Assembly: GCA_964455935.1 (NCBI GenBank)
Contig: CAYVZU010000006.1
Location: 1,505-65,504, forward strand
DNA length: 64,000 nt
Source: an uncultured Fibrobacterota bacterium
GTDB taxonomy: Bacteria > Fibrobacterota > CAYVZU01
Reading direction: 5' to 3'
The notes under the pieces are model-generated. The model was not told the origin of the DNA, ran no database searches, and saw nothing but the letters and a program-made list of their open reading frames with translations. Shown in pieces: positions 54,088 to 62,611 of the stretch. A program made the position numbers and the translations under genes. Numbering within the stretch: the first letter of the stretch is position 1; each line of letters begins with the position of its first letter.

Positions 54088-54104
54088 TTGCAAATGACAT
54101 GCCG
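54088..54104 (-). promoter_or_regulatory. Putative sigma-54 (-24/-12) promoter upstream of the beta-barrel gene
   Basis: The minus strand reads CGGCATGTCATTTGCAA (GG-N10-GC with TTGCA). The -12 element lies 52 nt upstream of ATG 54038. Confidence 0.5.
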
Positions 54105-54317
54105 AACCGGAAGAATGGAGGCGAACCGAATTTAACCGGCATTTATGGGTGAATTTCCAGTTGAGCCGGCCTTGGAGCGCGATTGGCAACCGGGAGCGCC
54201 AATGATGATCAGAAATGAGACTGGAGGTTGGCCTTGCGAGCCGGCACGATCTATGAATCAACTGCGGTATTTAGGATGATCCTGCGGGAGGGCCGGCGTG
54301 CCGCCGGACAAGCCAAA

Positions 54318-55697
54318 CTAACGGTTGGCAAGGGCCTGGGACCTCGCCGGCTTTGTTTCGGCGCCGACCAGGCGCAAATGCCGAAGGATCATTTCCGAGG
54401 CGATGTAGCTCGAGTGAACGGTCCAATATTCGTCATGAACCGTCACCACCCCCAGGGCTAGTCCCGGATAGTCCGACAACGGTCGGCTGTACCCAATAAA
54501 CCAATCAATCCTCCCCATGCCTTCCTGGCTGACCGAACCGGTTTTTCCGCCGCATTCCACCTCACGGGAAAACCGCGAAAGTTTGAAATTCCGAAAAGAC
54601 CTGCGAGCGGTTCCAAATCCCACAACGCTCTGCATCATTTGGCGCAGCTGCACTGCGGTCTCCCAGTCAATCGCCCGCTTCCAGGCCCCGCGCGGATTCC
54701 GAAAGAGCGGCCTGCCGTCCAGGGTGGAGATGGAATCCACCAAAATCGGCCTTGGCAGATTTCCGTCACCTGCGATGGCTGCCGCCATCAAGGCCCCGGA
54801 CAATGGAGACATGCGCGTTTTATTATTGAAGCCCGACGCAAGCTCCGCAATTGACAGCATGGAATCGCACGGCATGACGACCGCGCTGTCCACATCGAGT
54901 TCAAACGGGACCGGGCTGCCAAACCCGAATCGTCCCGCCACGATCTGAATGTCCTGCACGTTTACCATATAAAGACCGATGCGGCCAAACACCGCATTCA
55001 CGGAGTGCGCATAGGCTTCGCGCAAGGTTATGGGGTCTCCGCGCACGACTTCTTTCAATTGAAAGCGGTACAACGTGTGGCGGTTACCGACATGTTCCAG
55101 GATGCTCCCTTCGTTCAATCTTCCCGTCTCGAGCGCGGTGGCCGCAACCACGGTCTTGAAAATGGACGCGGCCGGAAAAACACTGCGACAGTAGAGCTGC
55201 TCGCCAATGGGCCGGGCTTTGGGATTGGTGTAGGACAGAAGCGTAAGCACGCGGCCGGTTTCGATTTCAAGAGCCGCAATGGCCGCGTATTGAGGATGAT
55301 ACCGTGACAGAAGGTCGCGGCCAAGCTGTTGAAGTCCGGGGTTGAGGCTGTAGTTTATGCGCAGATCCAGATTTTGAAGATGGACCGTATCGGCCGTGGC
55401 ATCGAGCCGCGGCGGGCGCTTCGCGAGAAGTTGACGCACCTGGGCATGCGAGAAGAGCGAGAGCGGCTTTGCTGCCGGCTTATCCCGGCTGCAGGTGCGC
55501 GTTAACAGGCGGACCCCTACCAAGAGAAGCAGCACCAGAAGAACAATACGAATGCGGCCTTTGCGCGGAATGCGCAACCTGCGGCGCGGGCGCCCAACCG
55601 AACGCAGGTATTGCGAATCCCGCAGGCCAGGTGCGGATCTTTGCGGATGAGATTGGTGCATCATCATAATGTAAAACCAGGTACACGGGAGCCACAA
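54318..55697 (-). CDS. Penicillin-binding transpeptidase-domain protein, N-terminal membrane anchor
   Basis: TM helix IVLLVLLLLVGV. SxxK ASIFK, SxN SVN and KTG GGKTGS. The start is uncertain within the first 13 codons. Confidence 0.8.
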   Translation of the reverse strand: MWLPCTWFYIMMMHQSHPQRSAPGLRDSQYLRSVGRPRRRLRIPRKGRIRIVLLVLLLLVGVRLLTRTCSRDKPAAKPLSLFSHAQVRQLLAKRPPRLDATADTVHLQNLDLRINYSLNPGLQQLGRDLLSRYHPQYAAIAALEIETGRVLTLLSYTNPKARPIGEQLYCRSVFPAASIFKTVVAATALETGRLNEGSILEHVGNRHTLYRFQLKEVVRGDPITLREAYAHSVNAVFGRIGLYMVNVQDIQIVAGRFGFGSPVPFELDVDSAVVMPCDSMLSIAELASGFNNKTRMSPLSGALMAAAIAGDGNLPRPILVDSISTLDGRPLFRNPRGAWKRAIDWETAVQLRQMMQSVVGFGTARRSFRNFKLSRFSREVECGGKTGSVSQEGMGRIDWFIGYSRPLSDYPGLALGVVTVHDEYWTVHSSYIASEMILRHLRLVGAETKPARSQALANR

Positions 55698-55801
55698 CCC
55701 TCGAATCGTCGCATGCGATGAGTTTCAAGTCGGGGTTCCCGAATCCGCGGTTTTGATGGTTCTGCGCTACACCCCAGGTGCCAAAAAGGATGGAGCCAAT
55801 C

Positions 55802-56923
55802 CTAATTCCCATTTTGCCGTTGGCGCAATGCGCGCTGAATCGTCGATGCCATGGCATCGATATAGCGCCGCAGATTTTCGACTGTGCCGGCCGGGTCCGC
55901 GCCCACGCGGCGCAGATATGGGTCCAGGGCAAGCGCGGGTGCCACTTCGGTCTGAAACGAATCCAGAACCTGCAAAAGCTCATCCTGGACAAAGACGCGC
56001 TCCAATATCTCATAAAAAACGACATTGTAGGGTTCGTAGCGTACAATCTGCTCGTAGAGCCCATTGCTGTAGAAGGGAATTGCATAGGGATATCCGCCAA
56101 AGGTGTTGTCGAGATCCCACGGGACAATCTGGAGTTTTCCGGACCCCGGGTCCATGACAACATACAAGTTGTTGCGCATTCCATCCCAATTCGAAACTCC
56201 GGCGGAAACCGCACAGTAGCCGATGACGCGCTCGATATCGAGCGCCGATTCCACCTCCGTCTGTGTGTCATCGCCGATCCCCCTGTCCAGGATTTCCATA
56301 AGGCGGGAAAGGTCTGTGTAACTCTGGTCATTGTCCGGGCATTTTTTCGTAAAGGACTGTTCCGTGAGCATCCCGTCTTGGAGGGTAAAGCGCCCTCCCA
56401 GATTCAGTCGATAGCAGCTGGAAACCGTTCCAAAATGCCTGTTTAGGAAGTCATCGTTCACGCTCTCGATCGCCAGATAAGCACCCTCATAAATGTGGTT
56501 TAAATAAAGAGCCACCGGCCGGACGCCGGGACAGACCAGTCCCGCTTTGCGAAAGAGAAAGTCCGAGAGCCTGTACCGGCACAGGCTGGGATCGGTCCAC
56601 TGGGCCGAGAGAACGAAGTCCTGAGGGCCGGCAACCGGATCGACCCACTGGATTCGGTAGGACTTCTTCAGGAAACGTTTGGCAACATTGCCGTGCATCT
56701 CGATTGTCATGTCGTATTCGCGGCCGGCGGTGCGGATGCGTCCGGGAATCTCCGCCCCCAGGTAGGTGGACTTGCGCAGCTTCTGATAGGCATTTTGGCT
56801 GAGAGAGATCTCAAGCGCGGCCAGAGTGCTGCCCGGAATGGGTTCATAGCCCGAATCCGTGATCAGGCACCCCGTCAATCCTAGAAACACAAACACAAAA
56901 CCAATTCGGGCTTGGGCGCGCAT
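55802..56923 (-). CDS. CotH-family (atypical kinase fold) lipoprotein
   Basis: Lipobox FLGLTGC. KKSYRIQW, PSLCRYRLSDFLF, VALYLNHIYEGAYLAIE and NNLYVVMDPGSGKLQIVPWDLDNTFGG. Confidence 0.8.
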   Translation of the reverse strand: MRAQARIGFVFVFLGLTGCLITDSGYEPIPGSTLAALEISLSQNAYQKLRKSTYLGAEIPGRIRTAGREYDMTIEMHGNVAKRFLKKSYRIQWVDPVAGPQDFVLSAQWTDPSLCRYRLSDFLFRKAGLVCPGVRPVALYLNHIYEGAYLAIESVNDDFLNRHFGTVSSCYRLNLGGRFTLQDGMLTEQSFTKKCPDNDQSYTDLSRLMEILDRGIGDDTQTEVESALDIERVIGYCAVSAGVSNWDGMRNNLYVVMDPGSGKLQIVPWDLDNTFGGYPYAIPFYSNGLYEQIVRYEPYNVVFYEILERVFVQDELLQVLDSFQTEVAPALALDPYLRRVGADPAGTVENLRRYIDAMASTIQRALRQRQNGN

Positions 56924-56926
56924 GCG

Positions 56927-57979
56927 CTACCACCGCGCCTGGATTTGGGAGCCAAGCCAATAACTCCACCGATGCAAGTCCGGGTCCACCCCGTTATTGA
57001 CAAAGGTACATTCGACGGAATTCATCCACCGAACCCGGCTGTCGGAATCCAGATACAGATTGAGTCCGGGCATCCACTGAAATCGCGTCTTGGTTTCCGG
57101 TTCGGTGTCCGTCAGGATCACGGCTATGAGCGAAACCGCTTCCAGAGTCTGAAGAAGCGGCCGCGCGATCAGGAATGACCGGGTCGCGGTCGATTTTCCG
57201 GCGGCGAACAGAACACTCCGGTTCTCGCCGAAATGTTCGGAGAGATTGGATTCGTTCGGGTCATTTCCCGCAAAGATCTCCAAGTCCGCGTACCAGCGAC
57301 GCCAAGACCGGGCCATATCCACTTCACCCAACAACGTGGAATTCTGGTGATGGTGATAAATGTACATAAGCGCTGTTCCGGCGACGGACCGACCCACCTC
57401 GTTTTGAGCAAACCGCAGGTTCAAAAAGGCCCGCGCGTCCCCATCACCCCCCCCATCGGCATACAAGGACCATTCTCGCCAAATCCTTCCTGTGCCCAGA
57501 ACACTGAGGTCCCTCCCCTGGGCGCCGAAGGAGGCCAGATACTCGTGTACAAGGCTGCGCTTCAGCGTGGGCAACCGTTCGCGTGAGGTCATCTCCTCCA
57601 ACCCAAAGACTTTCTTGATATTTCCAACGGTCATCGAGGATATTCGATTCTCTCCAAACCGGAACCCCAGATCGTCGATCAAAACGCCGGGCTGATCCAC
57701 ATCGCCCGTAAAATCGGCGAAGCCAAGAATCCACGGACTGAACTGAATTCGAGTCTTCAAACGTGCGCGCAAAATCCGATTGAAATCATAGTTGTAGATG
57801 CGGATTTCCCGATCCAGGAAAAACCCCCTGTTGCTCGTCTCAGCGCCCACCTCCAGATTGCCGCGAACTTTAAGTTCAGGTCTCGCCTGCAACGCCAGCG
57901 CAAGCGTCAAAATGAAGCCGATTGGAAAAAACCAGCACGGCCAGGCTATTGCGGAGCGCTTTTGAAGCCCATCGCTCAT
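56927..57979 (-). CDS. Outer-membrane porin-like beta-barrel (hypothetical)
   Basis: Signal/anchor sequence, then a long alternating beta pattern ending SQIQARW. There is a 3-nt gap to the CotH gene and 22 nt to the DUF4956 gene. Confidence 0.5.
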   Translation of the reverse strand: MSDGLQKRSAIAWPCWFFPIGFILTLALALQARPELKVRGNLEVGAETSNRGFFLDREIRIYNYDFNRILRARLKTRIQFSPWILGFADFTGDVDQPGVLIDDLGFRFGENRISSMTVGNIKKVFGLEEMTSRERLPTLKRSLVHEYLASFGAQGRDLSVLGTGRIWREWSLYADGGGDGDARAFLNLRFAQNEVGRSVAGTALMYIYHHHQNSTLLGEVDMARSWRRWYADLEIFAGNDPNESNLSEHFGENRSVLFAAGKSTATRSFLIARPLLQTLEAVSLIAVILTDTEPETKTRFQWMPGLNLYLDSDSRVRWMNSVECTFVNNGVDPDLHRWSYWLGSQIQARW

Positions 57980-58001
57980 CTCACACCTTCTCTTTGCCGC
58001 T

Positions 58002-58679
58002 TCAATCCAGGGATTCGATCCTGAAATTTTTAAAGTGGTTCTGGTTCATGCTGACGATCTGTTTGGCAAAATTCAGCGGCTTCACCGAATGTCTCAGCAC
58101 AACCCGGTATTCCAATCGAAACCGGCCCTTGGCGGACCCCACGGATTCAAGCCGGATCTGGTCGAAACTGCCGGTCAGATTTTCCCGAAGAAACGTCTGA
58201 AAATCGGACATATTCTCTACATCCACCTGTAGCCGGTATCTGCGACGACTGATGCAGTCTCCGCCATAATCAAGCCGCGTCATTGCAACGGCAATGGTAA
58301 CATAGACCAGCATGATAAGCCCCACAAGCCAGAATTGCCCCAAACCGCATGACATTCCCATGACAATGACCAGGAATACATACGTCATATCGCGGGGGTT
58401 CCGGATTGCGGTGCGAAAACGGATAATAGCAACCGCGCCAATCAAACCGAAAGCCCTGGCAAGGTTATCGCCGATCAATATGGTGACACCGGCAGCGATG
58501 ACCGTCAAAAGCGGGATCGTTTGGATAAACGATTGCCGATACCTCCGGCCCCGGTGCGTATAAAGGTACACCAGGGATAGAATGATTCCCGCCAGCAGGG
58601 CGACCGACAACGCGAGTGCGGTCCGTGCGGGTTCGATGGGTTCAGACGTCAGCAGTTTCCCCAGAAAGTCTGGCATCAT
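58002..58679 (-). CDS. DUF4956-like integral membrane protein
   Basis: LALSVALLAGIILSLVY, GDNLARAFGLIGAVAIIRFRTAIRNPRDMTYVFLVIVMGMSCG. Confidence 0.7.
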   Translation of the reverse strand: MMPDFLGKLLTSEPIEPARTALALSVALLAGIILSLVYLYTHRGRRYRQSFIQTIPLLTVIAAGVTILIGDNLARAFGLIGAVAIIRFRTAIRNPRDMTYVFLVIVMGMSCGLGQFWLVGLIMLVYVTIAVAMTRLDYGGDCISRRRYRLQVDVENMSDFQTFLRENLTGSFDQIRLESVGSAKGRFRLEYRVVLRHSVKPLNFAKQIVSMNQNHFKNFRIESLD

Positions 58680-59472
58680 TCCGAATCACTCCGTTGAAGA
58701 TCCGGTCCCAGAGCGACCGGGATTGAAAGGCCGGATAAAGCTCCCTCAGAATCTCCACCGACCGGCAGTATTTGGAGAACCGGATTTCTTCCAGATTGAA
58801 CTTGCGCCGCAATCTGTCGCCTGCCGCATTTTTCTCCGAGGTTGTTTTGATCTCCATAATCACCACATGATCCTGCAAAAGGCGATATTTTCTGCCCGGT
58901 CCCGCCAGGGCCGGGTGCACGCGCAGGGACCGGTCGAATGTGACCCGGATTCCGGCGCTTTCGTCTTCATAGGCATTTCTCTGCTGCCGCATGACAAGAA
59001 CGGGCACCAGGCGAAATCGCCTGATTCTTTCGCGAATCTGCGCGGCAATGGGGCAGTCGATTTCGACCGTGCTCCAATCCAGGGCCGCCCGAAACGAGAC
59101 AGGGGAGCGGGCCTTTGCCACGCGCAGGCCCCATTTCTCTTTGATCTCCCAATAGCCCCCAGGGGAACTGCCATACGAACGGAACCGGATTTTAAACCGG
59201 CCCTGGCGGCCCTGAAGTTGGTCCCGGTAGCAGGTGAACTGAGAGCTGTCGAGGTAAATAGACCAGATGAGTCCCCGCTCGTTATCCGCAAATTCCTCCT
59301 TGCGAAGCCAGGTCGAAATCCACGCCTCAATGCCTCCGGCCTTGGAATCCGATAACAGAAACTTGGCCTCGATCCGATTTGCATAGATCCACCCTTGGGG
59401 CGGCGGGTCCTCGCGAGCATGCGTATTATGAGATTCATTCTTGTTGGGCACAAAAATTCCCGGATCAGGCAT
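58642..59472 (-). CDS. VTC-domain (polyphosphate-polymerase-like, triphosphate-tunnel) protein
   Basis: RIEAKFLL, SIYLDS, FKIRFRSYG, WEIKEK, RNAYED, RVTFDRSLRV and VIMEIKT, the alternating charged beta strands typical of CYTH/VTC tunnels. Confidence 0.7.
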   Translation of the reverse strand: MPDPGIFVPNKNESHNTHAREDPPPQGWIYANRIEAKFLLSDSKAGGIEAWISTWLRKEEFADNERGLIWSIYLDSSQFTCYRDQLQGRQGRFKIRFRSYGSSPGGYWEIKEKWGLRVAKARSPVSFRAALDWSTVEIDCPIAAQIRERIRRFRLVPVLVMRQQRNAYEDESAGIRVTFDRSLRVHPALAGPGRKYRLLQDHVVIMEIKTTSEKNAAGDRLRRKFNLEEIRFSKYCRSVEILRELYPAFQSRSLWDRIFNGVIRNDARLSGETADV

Positions 59473-59535
59473 CCACAGGAATAAAGAGGGCCGCGCGCAA
59501 AGCAGAAGCGATCGGGCACTCTCTTGCGCCGTCCT

Positions 59536-60318
59536 TCATGGCTGTTCAACAGATGCCTGCGCTGGTTCGTCTTCACCTTGCGACAAAGAATCAGCGGGCC
59601 GGATCCGGAGTTGGTTTCTTAATTCCTGAACGCCCGGTATGCGTTGGGCAATGCTATCGGCCTGGCTGAACAGTTGCCAGGAAGGCACGTTGCCCGATAT
59701 CGTGACGACCCCGCTCTCAACAATGACGTCCAAATTGAGGGTGCCTTCGGGGTCCAATTGGCGCAATGCGCGCGCGATGTTCTCGGCAACATGCGTATCC
59801 TCGATGGTATGGCCGGGAACGATGCCGATCTGGTTCAGCACGCGCCATTGGCCAAGGGAACGACGGGCGATGTCCTCGGCCAGCCTTTTCTTCCAAAGGG
59901 CGTCGACGGTTCCGCGCAGAACGACATCGCGACCCGCGGACTCTACAACCAGCCCGCAAGAGGCCAGTTTCGCATCGCAAGCAAACCGCCTTTCCAGACT
60001 GGTTCGCAGAGTGCATGCCCTGCCGGAATTGGATCCGACGGCGGCCAACACAACGATCTCATTGTCCACGCAACTGACTCCAGCCGTTCTCCAGGCATTG
60101 GCCTCCGCCGCCGTTCGGGCCTCCTCCGTTGCGGCAGTGCCGGTGAGCGTAACGCGCCCCAACCGGACCTGAAACTGGATGTTGCAGCCCTCCAGCCGGT
60201 CGTCCCACCGAAGTTGCTCCGCCAGGCTGATGCGTATTTGTTCCTCGGTTTTCGCCACAGGCCCTCCGACGGGGTTTGACCTTAAAATGAGCAATGCAAG
60301 TGCCACGTACCTGCCCAT
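59536..60318 (-). CDS. BON-domain protein (about three BON repeats)
   Basis: Repeated pattern V..GRVTLTGTA..A, VVLRGTV..LWKKRLAE and VTISGNVPSWQLFSQADSIAQRIPGV. ATG 60318 is preferred to the track start. Confidence 0.7.
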   Translation of the reverse strand: MGRYVALALLILRSNPVGGPVAKTEEQIRISLAEQLRWDDRLEGCNIQFQVRLGRVTLTGTAATEEARTAAEANAWRTAGVSCVDNEIVVLAAVGSNSGRACTLRTSLERRFACDAKLASCGLVVESAGRDVVLRGTVDALWKKRLAEDIARRSLGQWRVLNQIGIVPGHTIEDTHVAENIARALRQLDPEGTLNLDVIVESGVVTISGNVPSWQLFSQADSIAQRIPGVQELRNQLRIRPADSLSQGEDEPAQASVEQP

Positions 60319-60408
60319 ACCGTCGGTACCGTTTTTGCTCCTTTGGTCGTTGCGGATATAAGGCATTGTCCCGCAAATCATGAACGCATACGCCAAAAGG
60401 AGGCTGCG

Positions 60409-60873
60409 ATGAACAATTCCGATCTTGCAAAAAAACTGAGTTCGTTGGCGCAGCTGGATGTGGACGCCGCCCACGCGTATTCTCAGGCCATCGATGAGGT
60501 CGATATTCCCTCCGTGCGCGAACACTTGTCGAAGTACCGCAACGACCACGACCTGCACTATTCCGAACTCTCCACGGAAATCCGGAAGCTCGGTGCTGAA
60601 CCGCCCGAGTATTCGCGAAGCTTCAAGGGTTTTTTAATTGAGGGCTTCACCTCCGTTCGAAGCGCAACCGGCACCAAAGGAGCGCTTGAAGCCATGGAAA
60701 CAAACGAGCGCCTGACCAACCGCAAATATCAGGATGCCACCACCTGGGACGTTCCGGCGCAGACTGCTCTTCTCATCCGAAAGAACTATCAGGATGAACA
60801 AACGCATTTGCAATTCATCCGCAACGCGCTTGCCGACCGCGTTTGGGAGAAAGAAAAGCACGCCGTAGCATAA
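60409..60873 (+). CDS. Ferritin-like four-helix-bundle protein (DUF2383/PA2169-like)
   Basis: LAQLDVDAAHAYSQAI, YRNDHDLHYSEL and ETNERLTNRKYQDA. SD AAAGGAGG before ATG 60409. Confidence 0.6.
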   Translation: MNNSDLAKKLSSLAQLDVDAAHAYSQAIDEVDIPSVREHLSKYRNDHDLHYSELSTEIRKLGAEPPEYSRSFKGFLIEGFTSVRSATGTKGALEAMETNERLTNRKYQDATTWDVPAQTALLIRKNYQDEQTHLQFIRNALADRVWEKEKHAVA

Positions 60874-61028
60874 ATCGATTTCCCCCGCCGCGCCTCCCCG
60901 CCCAATCTGGAATACGGTCCGTAAGAAGTCCCGCTTGCAATGCCCGGCCGGAGCCCAACGATCCGGCCGGATCTTCTCGGTTGACGGTTCATCCCCGTCG
61001 AATCGATTCCCCGCATGGCTGTTCGCAC

Positions 61029-61697
61029 ATGAATGATCCATTCTTCACCGATCGCGTTCAGGCCGGGAAGCTGCTGGCCGAGGCGCTCTTTGAGTATCGC
61101 CGCGTGCCCGGACTTCTGGTGTTGGGTCTTCCCCGCGGAGGAGTCCCGGTAGCATATGAGATCGCCGTCGCTTTGGGAAGCGAGCTGGACGTGATTGTCG
61201 TTCGCAAGCTGGGGGTGCCGTCGCAGCCCGAACTGGCGTTAGGAGCCATCGCCAGCGGGGGGGTAATTGTGCTCAATTCGGAAGTCGTTGGATTCATGGA
61301 AATCACCGACGAGCAGATCCGGTCGGTTCGGGCGGCCGAGCAGCAGGAACTGATGCGACGGGAACACCAATATCGCGGCAACAAACCGTTGTGGGAAGCC
61401 GCGGACCGGACCGTGATCATCGTCGATGATGGGCTGGCTACGGGGGCCAGCATGAAAGCGGCTGTGGCCGCGGTTGCAGCACACAAACCCCGCGAAATCG
61501 TTGTTGCCGTACCCATTGCTCCAGCCGAGACTTGCGCGGAGATGAAGAAAATTGCCAATCGTGTTGTCTGCCTCAGGACTCCCGATCCCTTCTATGCCGT
61601 GGGCTACTGGTACAGAGACTTCCGACAAACATCTGACCGTGAAGTTCAATCTCTCCTCGAACAAGTTCACAAGGCTATACCTTCGATGGAGAAATGA
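61029..61697 (+). CDS. Phosphoribosyltransferase-family protein
   Basis: LVLGLPRGGVPVA and TVIIVDDGLATGASM (PRPP loop). Confidence 0.85.
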   Translation: MNDPFFTDRVQAGKLLAEALFEYRRVPGLLVLGLPRGGVPVAYEIAVALGSELDVIVVRKLGVPSQPELALGAIASGGVIVLNSEVVGFMEITDEQIRSVRAAEQQELMRREHQYRGNKPLWEAADRTVIIVDDGLATGASMKAAVAAVAAHKPREIVVAVPIAPAETCAEMKKIANRVVCLRTPDPFYAVGYWYRDFRQTSDREVQSLLEQVHKAIPSMEK

Positions 61698-61771
61698 ACG
61701 GTGCAAGACGGATTTTGCAGGTTGGGCTTAGATGATTTGCGGCATGCGGGCGAAATTTCGATCTTAATCTC

Positions 61772-62395
61772 ATGACCCGGTTTCTTTGCACACGCTTGAC
61801 CCTATTCTGCCTTGGATTGGCCGCGGCCGCATTCTGCGGCGAACGCCTGCTTTTCAGGGCACAGCTTCAACCGCTGAATACAAAACTATCGAAGCGCTAT
61901 TCTTTTGGAACCGCCACCGTTGAGGTCCGAGGCGATTCGCTGGTTTTTGATTTGGCAGCCGCGGACCTTCACCCCGGAATACGCCATATTCAGGGGTGCT
62001 ATGCAAAGACCGGCCGGAAGGCTCCGCCTCCGCTGACCGACAAAAACCGGGATGGCGTTGTTGACCGCGGTGAGTTGGAAGTTGCGGCAGGGGAAGCATT
62101 CATCCCTTTTCACGCTTCTTTACCATGTCTGGGATTCGAAGACATTACCTATTCAACCGCAAGCGCGGAAGGTCTGCTCCTGTATGCGAAGACCATCTCT
62201 TTCCCGGCGCTCCGGAGGGCTTTCACACATACATATCAAGCCGACACGCTCCGTCTTGAAGGCATGGCAGTCTGCATCTACGGGATCGACCCGGCCATTT
62301 CAGTGCCGGTAACGGTTCATCCGTCAGCACCTGGCATGATTCCAGTCGCGCATGGAATACTTAAACGGGTGAGCGCCGCAAGGCCTCGATTCTAA
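61772..62395 (+). CDS. Secreted hypothetical protein with one canonical EF-hand Ca-binding loop
   Basis: Signal peptide. DKNRDGVVDRGE (62039-62074) fits D-x-N-x-D-G-x-V-x-x-x-E. Confidence 0.5.
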   Translation: MTRFLCTRLTLFCLGLAAAAFCGERLLFRAQLQPLNTKLSKRYSFGTATVEVRGDSLVFDLAAADLHPGIRHIQGCYAKTGRKAPPPLTDKNRDGVVDRGELEVAAGEAFIPFHASLPCLGFEDITYSTASAEGLLLYAKTISFPALRRAFTHTYQADTLRLEGMAVCIYGIDPAISVPVTVHPSAPGMIPVAHGILKRVSAARPRF

Positions 62396-62611
62396 GAAGC
62401 TGCGGTCTTTCAAAAGCTACCAGGCCGACCAAACGGAATGCTATGCCGTCGCGGGCACGGCCAATTTGATGCATCGTCGGACCGGGCCATTCCGCCGGGA
62501 AAGGGGCGGCAAACCTTGTTTTGCATCCTGCCCGGCCCGGCCGGTTGAACGATTCAGGGAAAAATCCTATCTTGTTGGCTTTGTAACTCCAATCCTGCGC
62601 GGGAGATTCTT

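Noticed and set aside
55778-55794. Perfect TGGCAC on the minus strand between the CotH and PBP genes
   Set aside because: No GC lies at the required 10-nt spacing (GT instead), so it is not called a promoter.
60363-60378. AGGCATTGTCCCGCAA upstream of the ferritin-like gene
   Set aside because: It looks like the -24/-12 motif, but the GG-to-GC spacing is 9 nt rather than 10.
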